From Balanoglossus misakiensis (Eukaryota; Animalia; Hemichordata): a stretch of DNA of 64,000 nucleotides. Under the pieces are notes generated by a model, which saw nothing but the letters and a program-made list of their open reading frames with translations, was not told the DNA's origin and searched no databases. The translations under genes were made by a program, and so were the position numbers. The stretch is from assembly GCA_040954595.2 (NCBI GenBank), contig CM082598.2, positions 2,480,001 to 2,544,000 of the forward strand. The letters run 5' to 3'. Below, one piece after another: positions 1 to 14,869 of the stretch. The first letter of the stretch is position 1. Each line of letters begins with the position of its first letter.

Positions 1-3000
1 CCTGGTGATTTGCTATGTTTCTCTCCATTTTGCATCGAGCTGATATAAAACACACCATTCAGCTTACGAAATAACCAACGTCACGGAAAATTCAGTTTTC
101 AATGGTATTAATAATAACCAATCAACTGTGATGTGGTGGTTTCCGTAATTTTTCAGGGGATAATCTCATTTTATATATTTATATATCCCACTGACATTCA
201 GATACAATAGTCAGTGCTGCAAGGTATAACGTCAAGGCCGATAAGCACGTCATAGTGCCAATCTTAAATCACACCATCAACATGCTTGAATGAACCGTGC
301 ACCTTTTCCTCGACACACTTGAAATAGTTCAGTATACTCAGTTCACAAGATGACAAGTACGCGAGAAATTAAGTCAGGTTACCACACAAGAAAACTTTAA
401 AAGCGTTTTGAAGTACCAGTTTAATTCCAGGCCTATTTCGATTAATCTGCATTCTGGGTACTGCTCTCTTTATAGTGTCATAGAAAATAGCGATCAATCT
501 ACATACGTGCCCAGAAGGTGAAATGTATTGGTGGATGGATAAAATTACGTCAACCAATTTTCCTACTGTTTAGGGACCTTCTTTATGTGTCAGGAGGCAA
601 GGCTCGATTAATCGCCTCAGCCTACATTGAAAGTGCTTTGAGCAGTGCACTATCCAGTCATGATGAAGAGTAAGTCATAGACTTGTAGTTTGTATATCAT
701 CAATTACACTTTGCTGTCAGCTATAAGCTTATACGTTGGAGATTTAAGGCTCACAAGTAAGGGGTAAACAGAATGTTGTTGTCATATGACAATAATTTCA
801 AACGTCTCTCTCTCTCTCTCTCTTTTTCTCCAGCAAATTACTTCGGTTATACCTCTTTGATGAAAAAATACACCATATGCATATCTTTCTGACGGAACAT
901 GGTGTGATCAAAATAGTACAACGACCTTAGAACTACAAACGATACCATTATATGTCCTTGCTATCAGAATGCTAATATATACAATGCCTTGGCTTGTCCT
1001 TCACCCATAGAGGCTAAGCCATAATGTATCATCATCTAAAATCACATTATATTTATTTCCCGATATCAAATTAAGCAACTAGTAGATTCTCTGATGCCTG
1101 AGATCAATACTGTAACATGATAGAGCACGCAATCAAAGGAAGTTCAGCTAAAGCACCAGCAATTTTTTGTGACCAAATTACATGCTCATGACAGCGTCAC
1201 GAAGGCAGTTTGATCTCTGTAATGCATAAATAACATGCTACTTCGAAAGTGTACCGATAACTATGCATACTCTTCAGGGAATTTAAAAGGGAAGGGGTCG
1301 CCGCACCGCGTGGGTGTCCCCCTTGAAGAGAATATGTCCTCCCATACCAGCACAAACCTCACTTCAGACACTACAACCTACTAGGAAATTCAGTTGCTGC
1401 CATGCCCAGTCTACGCTACGGTTGGCTGCTTCGATCATTTTAAGAATTATCATATTTCAGGGATTTGTGGATGAATTATAATGTTTATAAACAAACAAGT
1501 GCGCGACGAGATGACCCGTTCACTTTAATTTCTACAATGTGTGATATATTCAAAATGCTAATTTTTTTCACATTTAAAATTCTAACAACGTGATCTCTGT
1601 GATGAATGTTGAAGAATTCAATCCTAGAGAATATTCCGAAATGCTGCGAGCTCTTGTTTGCATCGTGATGCAAAGCTCAACGTAGTTTAATACACAAGAT
1701 ACCTTTCGGTCTTAAAAGGCATTTGAATCTCCGCCATGCCCCATGGACAAAATAAATGTTTCCTTTTCGACATGCCGAAATGTCGGATATATCTATCAGT
1801 CACCTGTGTACATATCTACTGGGACGGGAAAACGTCTGTCACACTCTACTGCACAGCATGGATGCATTATGGTGTGAAAGAAAGACATTACCAGGGTCTA
1901 GTAGACTGACGAAGAACTGACGCTATAGATGAAAACATTCTTATCGCGTGCATATCTAGACCGAAATCAAGTTTAATGCCTATGCCGCGGAAATTAAAAG
2001 AGACAGATTTCTGTGCTCTGGAAATTATTCTACTAGAATAATAACACAAGGAGATCTCACCTGATTGCTCTCTCTGAATTCATGCATAATTGTCGGTTTC
2101 GTTGAAAGTCAGACGCTGGTGTTAAATCTAATCGAACGCTTTCAGCTCATATTGTACTGCCACAATTAAGTTAACTTTTTGGTCATGTGATAGACGTATT
2201 CTCAGTGAGTAATGAGCTAAATTTTAACCCCCAAATCACAACCTAACTATTTTAACAAGTATCCAGTGAGTTTATAAATATAAAGTATAGGGTGAAGTTG
2301 ACGATCCATTGGAAAAAATGTAAATGGCTGTTTCCATCAAACATAAATATAACACCATGCTGCTCTATGCAATACAGTTTGGCAATGATTGTATCACTGT
2401 CGATAGAACAATATGGATGAACAATATGGAAGAATATTGGTTGTCCATTAGTGACGTAATTACTAACAACTACAGCAGATGGTCTATGAATATTTATGGT
2501 ATTTCAAAGAATCCCTGTACAATTTTCCAATTATGCTGTTAACGTTGCTTGTAATCTGTTCATAATTGACTCAGATGGTGTATTTCCATCGCCTCATGTT
2601 TATCTCGATGTCTGTCTGTGTCAACCTCACAGTTCTTGTCTCGGCAACCACTATATGTATCTCTCTTGTGCGTCCTAATTGACACAGTGACATAGTCAAC
2701 AGCAAACAAACGCAGTAAGTGACACCACGGCTGCAGATGGTATATCAACATAGTGTTGATTGCCTCGTCAAATAAATCGATAAATTTGCCACACGGATCA
2801 ACATTCTCAGCGAAAAGAAAACCCTTGCGGATGCTAATTATTCTTGTCGGGTTCCTGGAAGGGCAATTTGTCACAATTACTGTGTTCGCCTTGCGTAAGG
2901 CGATGACGTGAACGACTTGCGGCGTAGACACCTGCCGTCTGCCGCTGGCATTGTAAACGAACAGGAGTTCGTGCAATGCATGTTTATTCAGCAATGTAAA

Positions 3001-3969
3001 ACAGCTATAGCCGCGAGCTGTTTTTAAAAGTCTTAACCAGGCTTTGCAATTTTAGGATGTATTTGATAAACCGACTGTATAGCAAAACGATTTAATCGAA
3101 TACTCCAAGTTCGTGACCTCTAAAACAGTGCGTTTCTGTGGTTTCATGTTTTTTCCACGACATCTAGACAGTATAATACTCATAAGGATTCCGTTAAACC
3201 CATCTGGACTGACCCTGTCATGCATTAACATGACCTGTCGTCGCGGAAACAATTCAAGCCTCTTCAATGGACACTCACAGAGCTATTCAAAGTCGACTAA
3301 CTTGATAAAATCAACCTCTGAACGAATTGAACTTTACAAGTCGTTGCTTGAGTGACGGGAATCGCAAATGTCTATCTTGTTTGTCTTTCGCTATGATTAC
3401 TGTTCAAACATATTCTCAAGAGGGGTTAGTCTATGGCTCATGCATTTGTGGTTGGAATTCTAAAAATGCCAGCTTTCTGGGGTTTTAAATCTAAATTTAG
3501 AAAGGCATGAATACCATTCAAAAGCACTGCGAAAGTAAAGATTTAACCTGTACTCATTACCTCTACGGTTGTTGTCGTTTTGTGTAATGTATAATTTATC
3601 AGTTTTATTTTGTTTTATTTTAACATACACTCACTAATCGATAGTGTTTAATTCAATTCATTTACATGGAATTGTGCCACGGTAAAAAAAAGGTCTTCTC
3701 ATATTTTTTTCCCTTGAGAACCTTTACATTTCACAATGCCAAAGTTTAAATATTAAGCGCGATGAGACACTGAATATTACGGATCAAACGCAAGCAGAAC
3801 CCCAGCATTGGTGAGAAATATTATCAGATCGAGAAATAGAGTTATTTACGGTGTTGCCACCAAGGATTTCTTATCAGAAACAATCGACCGCGCCAAACAT
3901 AATCTTTACGGCATATTGTATTAAATACTTATCCTTCCAATCACAATTATGGTTATCCATCTTTTTCAG

Positions 3970-6900
3970 GATGAAAAATATCAAATCATGACAACGCGGG
4001 TTTCACTGCATCAGGTAACTAAATGTTTTGTTCTGTTCACAATTGTCCAATTATTGCTTTATTTCAGTCATTTCAAATTCATTTCAAGTTAGCGCATGTT
4101 TCTTTGACACTGTAATACCCTACAATTCTTTATTGCAGGAATGGAATGATACACGATTGCAATGGAACCCGAATGACTACGACGGATTAACGAAAATTGT
4201 GGTTACCATGGATACCATATGGGCTCCCGATACTGCCTTGTTAAACAGGTAGGATACATATTCAGCATGATTGCCTGTAAGATTTCACAGCGACTCAGGA
4301 AACTACAAATGCCATGAATAAACATGGGCTCACGAGCGTCACAGTCGGAAGACATTCGCTTATGTAGGAAACTCAGTCTCCATTCGTCCTTTCCGGGATA
4401 ATCCATTGATGAAATGCCTCACGGCAATTAGGAAATTACTTTTTTTCATCAATGATTCTGCCTATTCAGAAGTCCCATTTTATTAACTATTTTGAAAGCA
4501 ATTATAAACAAGACAGTGCGATACTTATTCCACAGAAGCATAAAGCGTAGATGGGCAAATAAACGATTCCTATTCAAACCACTAACACTGCTGAATGCCA
4601 TCATCCATAGCAACGATTGTAATGTACAAGAAACGCGTATTATTTGTGTCAAATAATCAAAATAGTTGTGAATTACTGAGTGTTTTTTAAGTCGAGTAAA
4701 GCCATAGTAACATCAACTATTCCTGGTTACTTGTACCATCTACTAATGTCTGACTGCAAATTTTGAATATACTTATACCAACACAAAGAGTTTTAAGACA
4801 TGAGTTTAATGCTGATGACTTTTCATATTATTTTTCACCTTGTTTTAGCGCTGATAATGATTTCGACGGATTTCCACGGATGTTTATTCCGAAACTAACA
4901 ACAGAGATAGGATACCGAGGCCAAGTAATCCAGTCCATCCCTGGAATACTGAGAACTCCATGTACAATGGATATAACCTACTTTCCTGTGGATTCACAAA
5001 ACTGTGATCTACGATTCGGACTCTGGATGTACGTCAACAAACAAGTCCAGCTTATCTTGAAAAGGGAAGACGTACCCAAAGAAAACTTTGTTCGCAACTC
5101 TGAATGGGATATTGTTGCCACGAGAGGGCGTTCGCGCAAGTCGAATTTCCTATTTACGACGCATGAGCCGTACACGGATGTGATATTTGAAATCACTATC
5201 AAAAGGAAACCTTTATATTATGCAGCGAACCTCATAATACCTTGTGTTTTGGTTAATTTTCTGACAGTGGTGGTTTTCTCACTGCCCTCCGACTCATCAG
5301 AGAAAGTGAATTTGAGTATTTCTCTTTTGCTGACCCTCTACGTGTTCAGCTTATTGGTGGCAGAATTGCTGCCTCCAACCTCCAACATGGTGCCTATGCT
5401 GACTGCCTACTTAATATTCAGTATGATGCTAATCGCCGCGTCTGTGTCCATGACAACGCTGGTCGCCATGTTGTGCGAAAATACGGACAGCCGGCGGCAT
5501 GTCCCACACTGGGCGAGAGTGGTCTTCTTTAAGGGGATCGCGCGAGTGTTATTTCTGGACGTTGACAAACAGATGCTCCAGCTATCCAAGCCCAAATCTC
5601 AGGTTATATCTAATCAGCATTGTGAGAAATTCAACAATGTGTACAATGCGCTTCAGGATGAAACCTCGTTCATTTCCGGCGCCCCAAACAATAGAATCAC
5701 CAGAACTATTGGATTGGTTCAGAGCCAAATATCAGCAATACGGACACACTGTAGACGTCATCATATGAAGTCATCATCACTTAGCCAGTCACCCAAGCAA
5801 GGAAAGTTACTTAGTAAGCAACTTCGACGCATGCGTAGTGGTTACACCAATCAATTGGAAATCAAGACAAACCAGATTGCAAAATACATGAGGCTGTTCT
5901 TACGCTACATTGTTCCTAGTGAGAGGAGAATTCAGGTGAGTTGGTCATGTTCCCATTCAACCAAGGCCCTATCCATCAATTAATCAATCAACAAATCAAT
6001 CAATGTACAAATGTACCCATCCATCAATTCACCACCCTTACCTACCTTTCCATACACACCAACCCACCCATCCATCCATCCATCCATCCATCCATCCACA
6101 AATGTATCATATCTATCCATCAATCTATCTAAGCAACAAACCTGAAAGTGGTGGACTGTGCTTTCTGCGACTGTAACTGCATGTGTGTAAGAAGATAGAA
6201 GACCTGCAAATAAAAAAAAATTAATTTTGTTACTATTTGCATTATTTGTAATTTTCTTACTATTTCGCCCCTTGCACTCAATTTCAAGTTTTTGACACTT
6301 GCTACAATTGCAGCTAAATTGACAAAATGACAATGGAAATATTAATTCAATCACGTCACCAATCACAGATGTAAAAATCTAGATTTATATAATTTTGACA
6401 AGTTCATCTCAAGTTGTCATAACCTTACAGGTAGGTCACTTGTTAGTTCAACAACCTCCTCCATTGCATTATATCAGCTGATTAAATTTCACGCACGTTC
6501 CCACAAATAGCCTATTGGTTGGTAAGGTGGAAAATCCTATTTCTTGCCAACTGAATTCTACTTAACAGATGATAGATGGGCCAATTAGATTATAAGTAGC
6601 AAAATGGCCTCATTCGTCAAGGTGTAATTGCGTTTGACGTTAATGTGAGTGATATATTCGACTGATTTATCTGGACACAAGTGAGTCATGCACAAAAGTG
6701 GACTTCTGTCCTGGAAGCAAGAAAAACTATCTTTCTCTTTGCGTATGTTCTTTGCGTAAACCCCTCCATAAAACACGATATATAACACAAGCAGACTACG
6801 ACAGAACGCAAGGATTACCATCTGAAACATCAAAGCCACTAGGATATATCAGACGGACAGATTGTCTGTTTCTTATTGGCCGAAGACCATACATTGTCTA

Positions 6901-8145
6901 CATTCCTAATAGGCAGGAGATCTATTTTTAAAACCACACATGCGAAATTCACATTGTTTACCATTCATATGAAACAGACCATTCCTCTAATGCTCACAAG
7001 TATAGAAGTGTCGTCAATGTGACATAGGCAGTCTGTTAAATGATGGGGCCCTACGAAGCAGTTTGCGTTTAATTACGAGGTGTGGTATTACATACAGATA
7101 TCTGAAAAGTTTAACTTAAATGTACATGGTATAATTGAGAAATTTCTGTTCCCACAAATGTTTATGCAAATATTTACTGGATTATATCTATCATTTGACA
7201 TAATATGAATCGTGCATCTATGATCATACCAAATGGATTTGATATCAAATAAAGAATCACACTAGATTGCACTCGGCGATTAGCGCTCGGTCTGTAAAGA
7301 TGTAAATCTGCGGCCATGCTGGAACTTAATTGGCTATTTTACGGTAAATTTTTTCTGCAGTTATATTTGCCATCCTTTAATGTTCTCTGTGTAAAAGGTT
7401 CGCCGATTGGCAAATGGAACAAACTTGTAATGGCACATAATTGCAGATAAGAGAGTAAGGAATGGGTAGTATTGATCTCTTAATGAACGTCGTTTTTTTA
7501 CCCATGTCATGCGAACAGCCCAAGGCATTTTCAAACTTAACCGAGGCCGAAATGGTTTTCCGTCGATCACTCAGTGAAAGTGAATTTTCATCGCCATGGC
7601 TATGCTGCTTTTATTGCGAAAATAATTTCACAACTTGATTTTAAAAGCCTTGAGTTAGCGGAGACAACTGCTGTTTCATTAAATACATTTCGACTGTAAC
7701 TGCAAATTCACTATCTCTTGGGATTAATAATGGCATCGAAATGAATAAAAAGACTTGTAAAAATGGAAAGTGCACCAGTAGTTCTATAGATATGACAGTA
7801 ACATTTACTCTTCGAGGGAAATCATTCCATAGTCTCAACAATTTTCTTCCATGAATGACTTTTTAAAATGCTGCCGTGTTTTTGAGTCAGTCATACAAAA
7901 CTATAAAATCCATTAAAACTGAAATGCTTGTACAGAGGTGAACTGTTTGCTAAATGTGAGTGCGCAATCTCGATAAGCTTTGGTTGGACATTTCAATTGG
8001 TGTATTTATGATTTGTTTTCCTGTTTGTTTCTAGGTTCAAGAGGAATGGAAGCTGCTGGTTGCAGTCATAGACCGAATGCTTTTGTTGTGCTTTGCTCTA
8101 TCAAGTTCACTGGGAGCTACAATCATGCTCTCTAAAATTACATAG
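3970..8145 (+). CDS. nAChR-like Cys-loop channel subunit A (non-alpha, 5'-truncated)
   Basis: Exons 3970-4014 (DEKYQIMTTRVSLHQ), 4139-4248 (EWNDTRLQW..WAPDTALLN), 4849-5935 (Cys-loop CTMDITYFPVDSQNC, M1-M3, M2 region EKVNLSISLLLTLYVF) and 8035-8145 (M4, TAG). All introns are GT-AG with consistent phases. The signal-peptide exon and exon 2 were not found in 1-3969 and probably lie upstream of the window. Confidence 0.92.
6060..6130. repeat. (CCAT)n-type simple repeat in last intron of gene A
   Basis: ccatccatccatcc runs visible directly. Confidence 0.8.
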
Positions 8146-9179
8146 CCGAGAAGAGATTTCGACTCTAGCGATGCACTTCCGTATTTCTATCCAGCTTTAT
8201 CATCTTGTACGATATAAATAGCAATGTTAACATTTGGTTAACAGTCATCCTCCAAATCGCCCAAACCTAGTGGACATTATGGCATTTGCTGTGGTTTGGA
8301 AGGATGCTAAATCTCACAAGGATAATCCTGGTTTGCTTCAAACTAAAGAAACATACTGATTAATTAGGTAGAGTGTCCATGGCTAAATGTAGAGCAACTT
8401 TAATGTATGATGAAATATTGACTGGTCAAAAGTTTGGTCAGAGTATTACAATTTTAGTTTTATCATAACAATGTTCGTTTGTGTTTGGGATAATTGATAT
8501 TCATATATACAAGTTTTAATTTTCTCTTGCAGTAAAGAGAAACCTTATTATGCAAAATGTTGATATAAGCAATGAATTTACAATGTATCATGAATGTATG
8601 ATGTGAACTTTAAGAGCGTCAAAGAAATTGCAGTGTGTCTTTATTTCCAAACCATTGCTTATATCAGAGAGGGGCAGGTGCTCTAACATGTTCTGGGCAT
8701 ACAACAGCAAAAGATTTATAACCATGTAGTGCAACACACATACCTATTGGGTTTTCTGTTCACATAGTAACTCTTCTTTCAAACGTATAACATTCAGTCA
8801 TAAAGTTCTCACATTTTTTTACTATTTACGTGCCTGTAATATTTTCAACAGCAGAAACGCAGATACATTTGCCTACTGCACCAGATGGTACATATTTACG
8901 GGCAAAATATTCACTAAAGTTGAACTTTTTGTTATTCCCAATTTCAATCATTTTAAGTCAACCTTCATTTCCATGGCCACATATGGATTAATACCGGCAA
9001 CCGAAAAGTGACACAGTTATACACTGCTTTTATAAACCTGATATTTCCCATGAATTAACTTGGTAAATAAATCGATTTCTGGTTTTATCTCAATCAATGA
9101 TGAATTGACCTCATCTCAAAATGCTTTCATATTATTATGCATTTCAATCATGTATCATGAATTATATTATACCAGTATA

Positions 9180-9472
9180 TTGATGGTGTAAATCACGCTA
9201 TTTGATTGGTCGAGACACGACACGTGACCGTGATATATTAGCCATATACCACAGTCATATATCATAGTTACAGAAAATGCCTTTTTAAAATGTTTTATGC
9301 AAAGTTTCAATATACTGGCATAATATAATAGCAATAAAACACCCCCAGCCATGGTATACCACTCGATTTTGACCAGTTCAACTCCATATACGCACTCGCT
9401 ATCGCTCGTGCGTATATGTCGTGAACTGGTCAAAATCTCGTGATATACCATGGCTGGGGGTGTTTTATTGCT
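9180..9472. mobile_element. palindromic non-autonomous element with ~143-bp hairpin (9330-9472)
   Basis: Arm agcaataaaacacccccagccatggtataccactcgattttgaccagttca pairs with tgaactggtcaaaatctcgtgatataccatggctgggggtgttttattgct (3 mismatches). The inner catatacgcac/gtgcgtatatg also pairs. An upstream ttgattggtc..cacgtgacc block may belong to the element. Family assignment is uncertain. Confidence 0.65.
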
Positions 9473-10440
9473 TAAATGCATCATTTAAGAATTTGTAGAA
9501 TTCACAAATGTTCATTTTGCGCCTGTGTGAGGATGTCATTTTCTTTCTTCTTACAATTGTTAAAGACTAGTGATTGAATGTATAGTTAGAGGAACTGAGC
9601 ATAGTCTTGCTGTCATAAATGTATGCAAATATATCCTAGAGTGACATTTTGTGCCTTGAGTTTAGGATTACACGTACCCCACATGGCGTTGAGCGTCATC
9701 ACCGACATTTTGCATTCTTCCTTCCTAGTTTTAATGGATTAAAGAGAATTTTTGTCAATATCATGTCTCCGCTCGTAAATGTCGCTGATCTATCGCGATG
9801 CGTTGCTATAGAGACAACCATTTCATTTTACGAGGAAGATAGAACGCAAAGATATCTGTAATAACATCCAGTTTATCCACCTAAATCAGACGATATCCCC
9901 ATTTATATACTCTAGGCATGTTAAGCTTCCAACAGATTCTGTTTCGATAAATACATTTCCCCGTTAGTGTTGACACCAGGAATGTGTGTGGCAAAGTGGT
10001 CGTTCGTGGCCTGGTGCTATTAATGGGGTTTGGTATTAAGTTAAAAGCATTCTTATTCCTGGCCAGGAGCGAATTCTGGCTCTGTAAGCTTTTCCACTGA
10101 AGACAGGCACTACTACCATTAAGGCCACTGTTCAAAAGATTACTGATATTTCTCGTCGGACGTGTTCAAAGAAAGCTAAAACTACCCCTTGGCATGTGTT
10201 CCCAGGGCTAAGATGCGCAAACCCTCAGCGCAGTATGGCATACACATATTTACATCAAGCTAGTTCCGATGGATGTATTTTGTCGAAATTTCAGTGGTTG
10301 ATGAACAGCCGTAGATGTAACAGACTGTACTGGATTTGTTCAAAACACTTCTGCGCTCACAAGACAGTCATGCACTAAAATTACTTTCTTGACATTTCTT
10401 ACTCTTAATAAAAAATATTGACTTATTCTCATGCGTCTGT

Positions 10441-10900
10441 GTATGTATGTATGTATGTATGTATGTATGTATGTATGTATGTATGTATGTATGTATGTAT
10501 GTATGTATGTATGTATGTATGTATGTACATGTATGCATGTACATGTATGTATGTTAATAATGTATGTATGTACATGTATGTATGTATGTATGTATGTATG
10601 TATGTATGTATGTATGTATGTATGTATGTATGTATGTATGTATGTAGGTAGGTATGTATGTAGGTATGTATGTATGTATGTACATGTATGTATGTATGTA
10701 CATATGTATGTATGTATGTATGTACGTACGTATGTATGTACGTACGTACGTATGTACGTATGTATGTATGTGCGTATGTATGTATGTATGTATGTATGTA
10801 TGTATGTATGTATGTATGTATGTATGTATGTATGTGTATGTATGTATGTATGTATGTATGTATGTAGGTATGTATGTATGTACGTATGTATATGTATGTG
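10441..10900. repeat. (TATG)n microsatellite, ~460 bp
   Basis: Long gtatgtat array with tacg/tagg/tacatg variants; it explains the spurious YVCM/HTYI ORFs. Confidence 0.98.
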
Positions 10901-13900
10901 TGCTATCAAAATCATATGTCGAAGAATATAATTTAGTATATTGACAATTCTAAGATACTTTTGTGTTTCTTCAAAACTGCGCTCGTGATGACGCACTACA
11001 CAAAGTATTCTTACTCCGGCCTTATCTCAATGTAAGCACAACAGTGTGCGCCCTCTTTCAGGTGTAAGGTACTATTTTACATTTGATTGGACTCAGTACT
11101 CACCTTTCGGTCGCAGTTTTACCGAACAACATTAAAATTTAGAGCCTTTCTTATCATGGAGAAAGAAACGGAGGCTTTATATTCTGAGTCGGTGTGAACG
11201 TATCGGCTTTGTCATCAATTTTGATAAATAATGGTCAGTGAAAGCATTATTCATCAGTGTGGATATCAGAGGCTGATAAAAACGATTCCCTTTTGCTGGG
11301 AGGTTGAAGGTGATCGAAGAAATATTCTTGTGGGAATAAATGTATTGGTTTGATGTGTTTTAATGCTCGATCTACCCTGATAAACGTTATTTCTCCTGAG
11401 TTATATAATTCTATCGTCAAAATTCACTGCACAACACCAATGAATGGTCATCCAGCTCAGCTCAGTGCACTATCGATCACTCTGCCACTGGCAAGTTCTC
11501 CCGACTCTGGCAGGTTTTTTGCAAAGGCTCGGCAAGTATTTGTATTCACTTGCTTTGCCAGTACAGTGCGGCCAATTTCTTTCCGCCAACGAACTAGATA
11601 AAGAGAGATACAAGGTAAGTTCATGATCACTGACAGCAACAGAATCAGCCTTCAACTGGGTGGGAAGATTTACTGTGCACGGAACATCGAAAAACGACGG
11701 TCTACATACAAATGCCACTTAAATTTAATCGACTTGCCTGCACCATCACTTGCTACAGACCGTTAAATAATAGTGAATCTTCAATAGGGAATTACTGTGC
11801 GAATCGTAAAGTCACTTATTCATGGGCGCTGCACTGAAATCGCCTAAGATTGGGCCCGAAAGCTTTCTAAATCAAATGAGCAGTTACTAACATCTTCAGA
11901 TGGAAAGGCGTTAGGAAAGTCAGATATTAGCCTTAAAATGCCACAAAGAGTAATTTGCGCATGTATGCTAAAACATTTGAAATGGATTTTTCAAACGCAG
12001 TCCCACGGTACAGTGAGAAAACAACCCTTATTGAGTATTGGCACATTTTGTTCGCATGCACATCACGTGACCCATAATGAAACGGTGTTTACATCTTCAA
12101 ACTCAAATGGTATTCAAAATCCCACTAATACCTAGCGGGGAAAACGTGGCCACAAAATGCATATAGTTAATTAGTTCCGGCCTGTACGTTCCACAATTGG
12201 TAGATCCTGTTACATATGAACAGCAAATTACAACTTTCCTTCGAAATAACATCGCCAGCTACATAGATGACATGGTCTTCCGGAGAAATCAATACATAGA
12301 GCCAACTTGAATTACAAAAATATATTCGCGGACTTGATTATCAACGTTTCATTTAATGATAAACGTCTAATAGCATTAAACATTTATGTACGACATTGTC
12401 AGTTAATTATTAGTTTCATTCTAATGCACTTTTATCCAAATACTAATTCGTTACAAGCCATGGCTTAGTAATATATACACTGGGGGTGAAAACAACATTA
12501 ATTTTTCAAGACATAGCTGTATATAGAACTTCAGTCCTTCAGATATGGTATTGCACTGTGTGACTTCCATTACAGCTATACTGTCTAGTAGTTGAGTGTC
12601 CATCTTAGGGGCGCATGCAGGCAGTATAAATAGTCATATAGACGCAGAGAGTAATTATAGCCAGTTTAATGATGCCAAGAGGCCATGCAATGCATGTACC
12701 TGTAAAATGAAGATCTATCGCTTCCTACAGATAAATTGCATTGTGATTTCTCCATTCATAGAGCAGTATCAATGCATCCGTGGTAGATTAATCATTTTGT
12801 GTTTCTACTATCGATGTTGTCTACATTCAATAGATACAGGGCCTGTGTCATGTTCCCTAATAAGCTTAAGTCATATCATTTTGTTATCGAATCGCTGTTC
12901 ACATATTCCTGGTAGCCAGCTAATCCTCAGATGCAATGTATAGACCAAAAGCTTATTTGTAATTTGCTCAATTTTCTATCAATTGCTATCGGAAACATTG
13001 TTGTCTGTGTCATTTGATCCATCATTATATCCGCAATCAGGCGAGCTGTGTTTTTATTGTAAAAAATTTCCATATGCTACAAATTAGCAGCAGTTGGACA
13101 TGTGCCTCAACAGGGGTCATAAACTTTGCAAATAATGTACAGCATCAAGTCAGAGAAATGCACGTATCCTAGCTAGAAATTTCTTAGTTTGTGATTTAAA
13201 CTCAAACTATTCCCCTTGATTCAGCTAACTAACACCGTTATGCACATACCCAAAATGTTCACGACTGTGGATGTTCAACAAAACATTTCCAGTCACTCCT
13301 TTTAACAATTTATACGTCTTGTATAATAAGTCCTTGGGTATATTGCGTCCTCGAATCTAAAGAATTTGATATGTGCGGCCACATGTAAGGCAAACATCTG
13401 GAATGATTGAACACTCCCAGATGTGCTCATACTATCAGAGATCGACACATGCAGAAGAGACGATAAAAGGCACGTAACATCACGGCTCATTTGCCCGAAA
13501 ACACATTCGATAGCAAATACGATCTCTCGATATAAATCGACTTGTGCCCCAATCGCGACATGACACGAGTACTAAATACTAAAACCGATTTATAAGGCAT
13601 TTAGATGTTTAGTATTCTCTTACCATGATTGGAACCATTATGGAAATTAAATGGCTGGTCAGAATTTCATTATATTGCATGCATACTGTATGTAAAATTA
13701 TATTACAACTATTATTATTTTATTCTCTCTGATTGAAAGTAATTAAGAATGGTCAAATTATAATATATCATGAAGTAGAGTGTTCCTTTTTAAAATTATT
13801 ATATTAGATTGATGGGGTAAGGGGGTACTTAGTGTCAATTCACTGTTTCCTTGTAACAAAACGCTTGAGATTATAATGATGGCAGTTTTCAGAGAAATAT

Positions 13901-14869
13901 TATGACCACCAACTTTTTTAGTTTTATCCAAGCCTGCAAAGGACTCTGACCTGTGAGAACATATGCAGCTGTGTTGGGAAACTGAAATGACCTTCTGCGA
14001 TATGTTGCCAGGCAACGGGTGATGAGATCTCTGCAATAAGGACACCGATGAGTGGGATGTGTACACAAAATACTAACACGAGATTGCCGTTTCATACTAA
14101 ACTAGTTTTGCAATTGAAAGAAACACAAGCCGGGAACAGCAGCAGTAGCTTTATTAGTATGGAGCTGTGCCTGTGATAGTAGTAATCAAACATGCCATAA
14201 AGTAAACAACGATACACCGCATATGCTCCCAATGAACATACAAGGATTGTGACTGAATGACAACCACACGAAACGGGCAAGCAACTCACTTCAGTTTCCG
14301 ACTATCAGACTGTGACATCATTAATATCAATACTTGCATAGGTGGCAAGAATACACATGGAAGAAATTTACTGACACTTGATTGCCGATCTCGTTTTCTC
14401 AGCAACGTGCGACTGCAACTCAATGGAAAATTCCTACATTTGACGCTTTGGTCTATGCCACACAAGCACCTGCTACGAGCACGATTATACACATTTGAAG
14501 GTGAGTAAGGTTATTGGATCTTAAAAGGGCAACTTCATTTACTTTCTTTGTTTCTCGTCATCTAACTATTATTTGGCGATGTGGGAGGAGATCATGACTT
14601 CACTTGCGACACACCTAAACTTAATTACCTTTAAGGAATGGATAACACAAGATTCCGCTCAACACTGACTTTCCATTATGACGTGAACAACACGCCATAT
14701 TGGACGGCTGATACATTTCCTAACTTTCAAACTGCGCATGTGTATAACCTTACATTCCTGCGTCACTATTCGACTCACATATAGTTAGTTTATTATAAAA
14801 GGAAGCTTTTTGGCCATCTTTATTTCTTATCTTATCTTTATTCCATCAACGGCCATTCATCATGCTGTT

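Noticed and set aside
2831-2894. ATG..MLIILVGFLEGQFVTITVFAL followed by gtaagg, a signal-peptide-like candidate exon 1 for gene A
   Set aside because: No matching phase-1 ~140-nt exon 2 (LF..Y...RP..IDV) was found before 3970, and direct splicing would be out of phase; it cannot be supported.
3255-3355. Peptide LFNGHSQSYSKSTNL resembling exon 2 of gene B (YSKST)
   Set aside because: It lacks the invariant RP, the QLIDV end and proper splice sites; likely coincidence.
10340-10996. Several long ORFs (HTYI/YVCM repeats)
   Set aside because: Artefacts of the (TATG)n microsatellite
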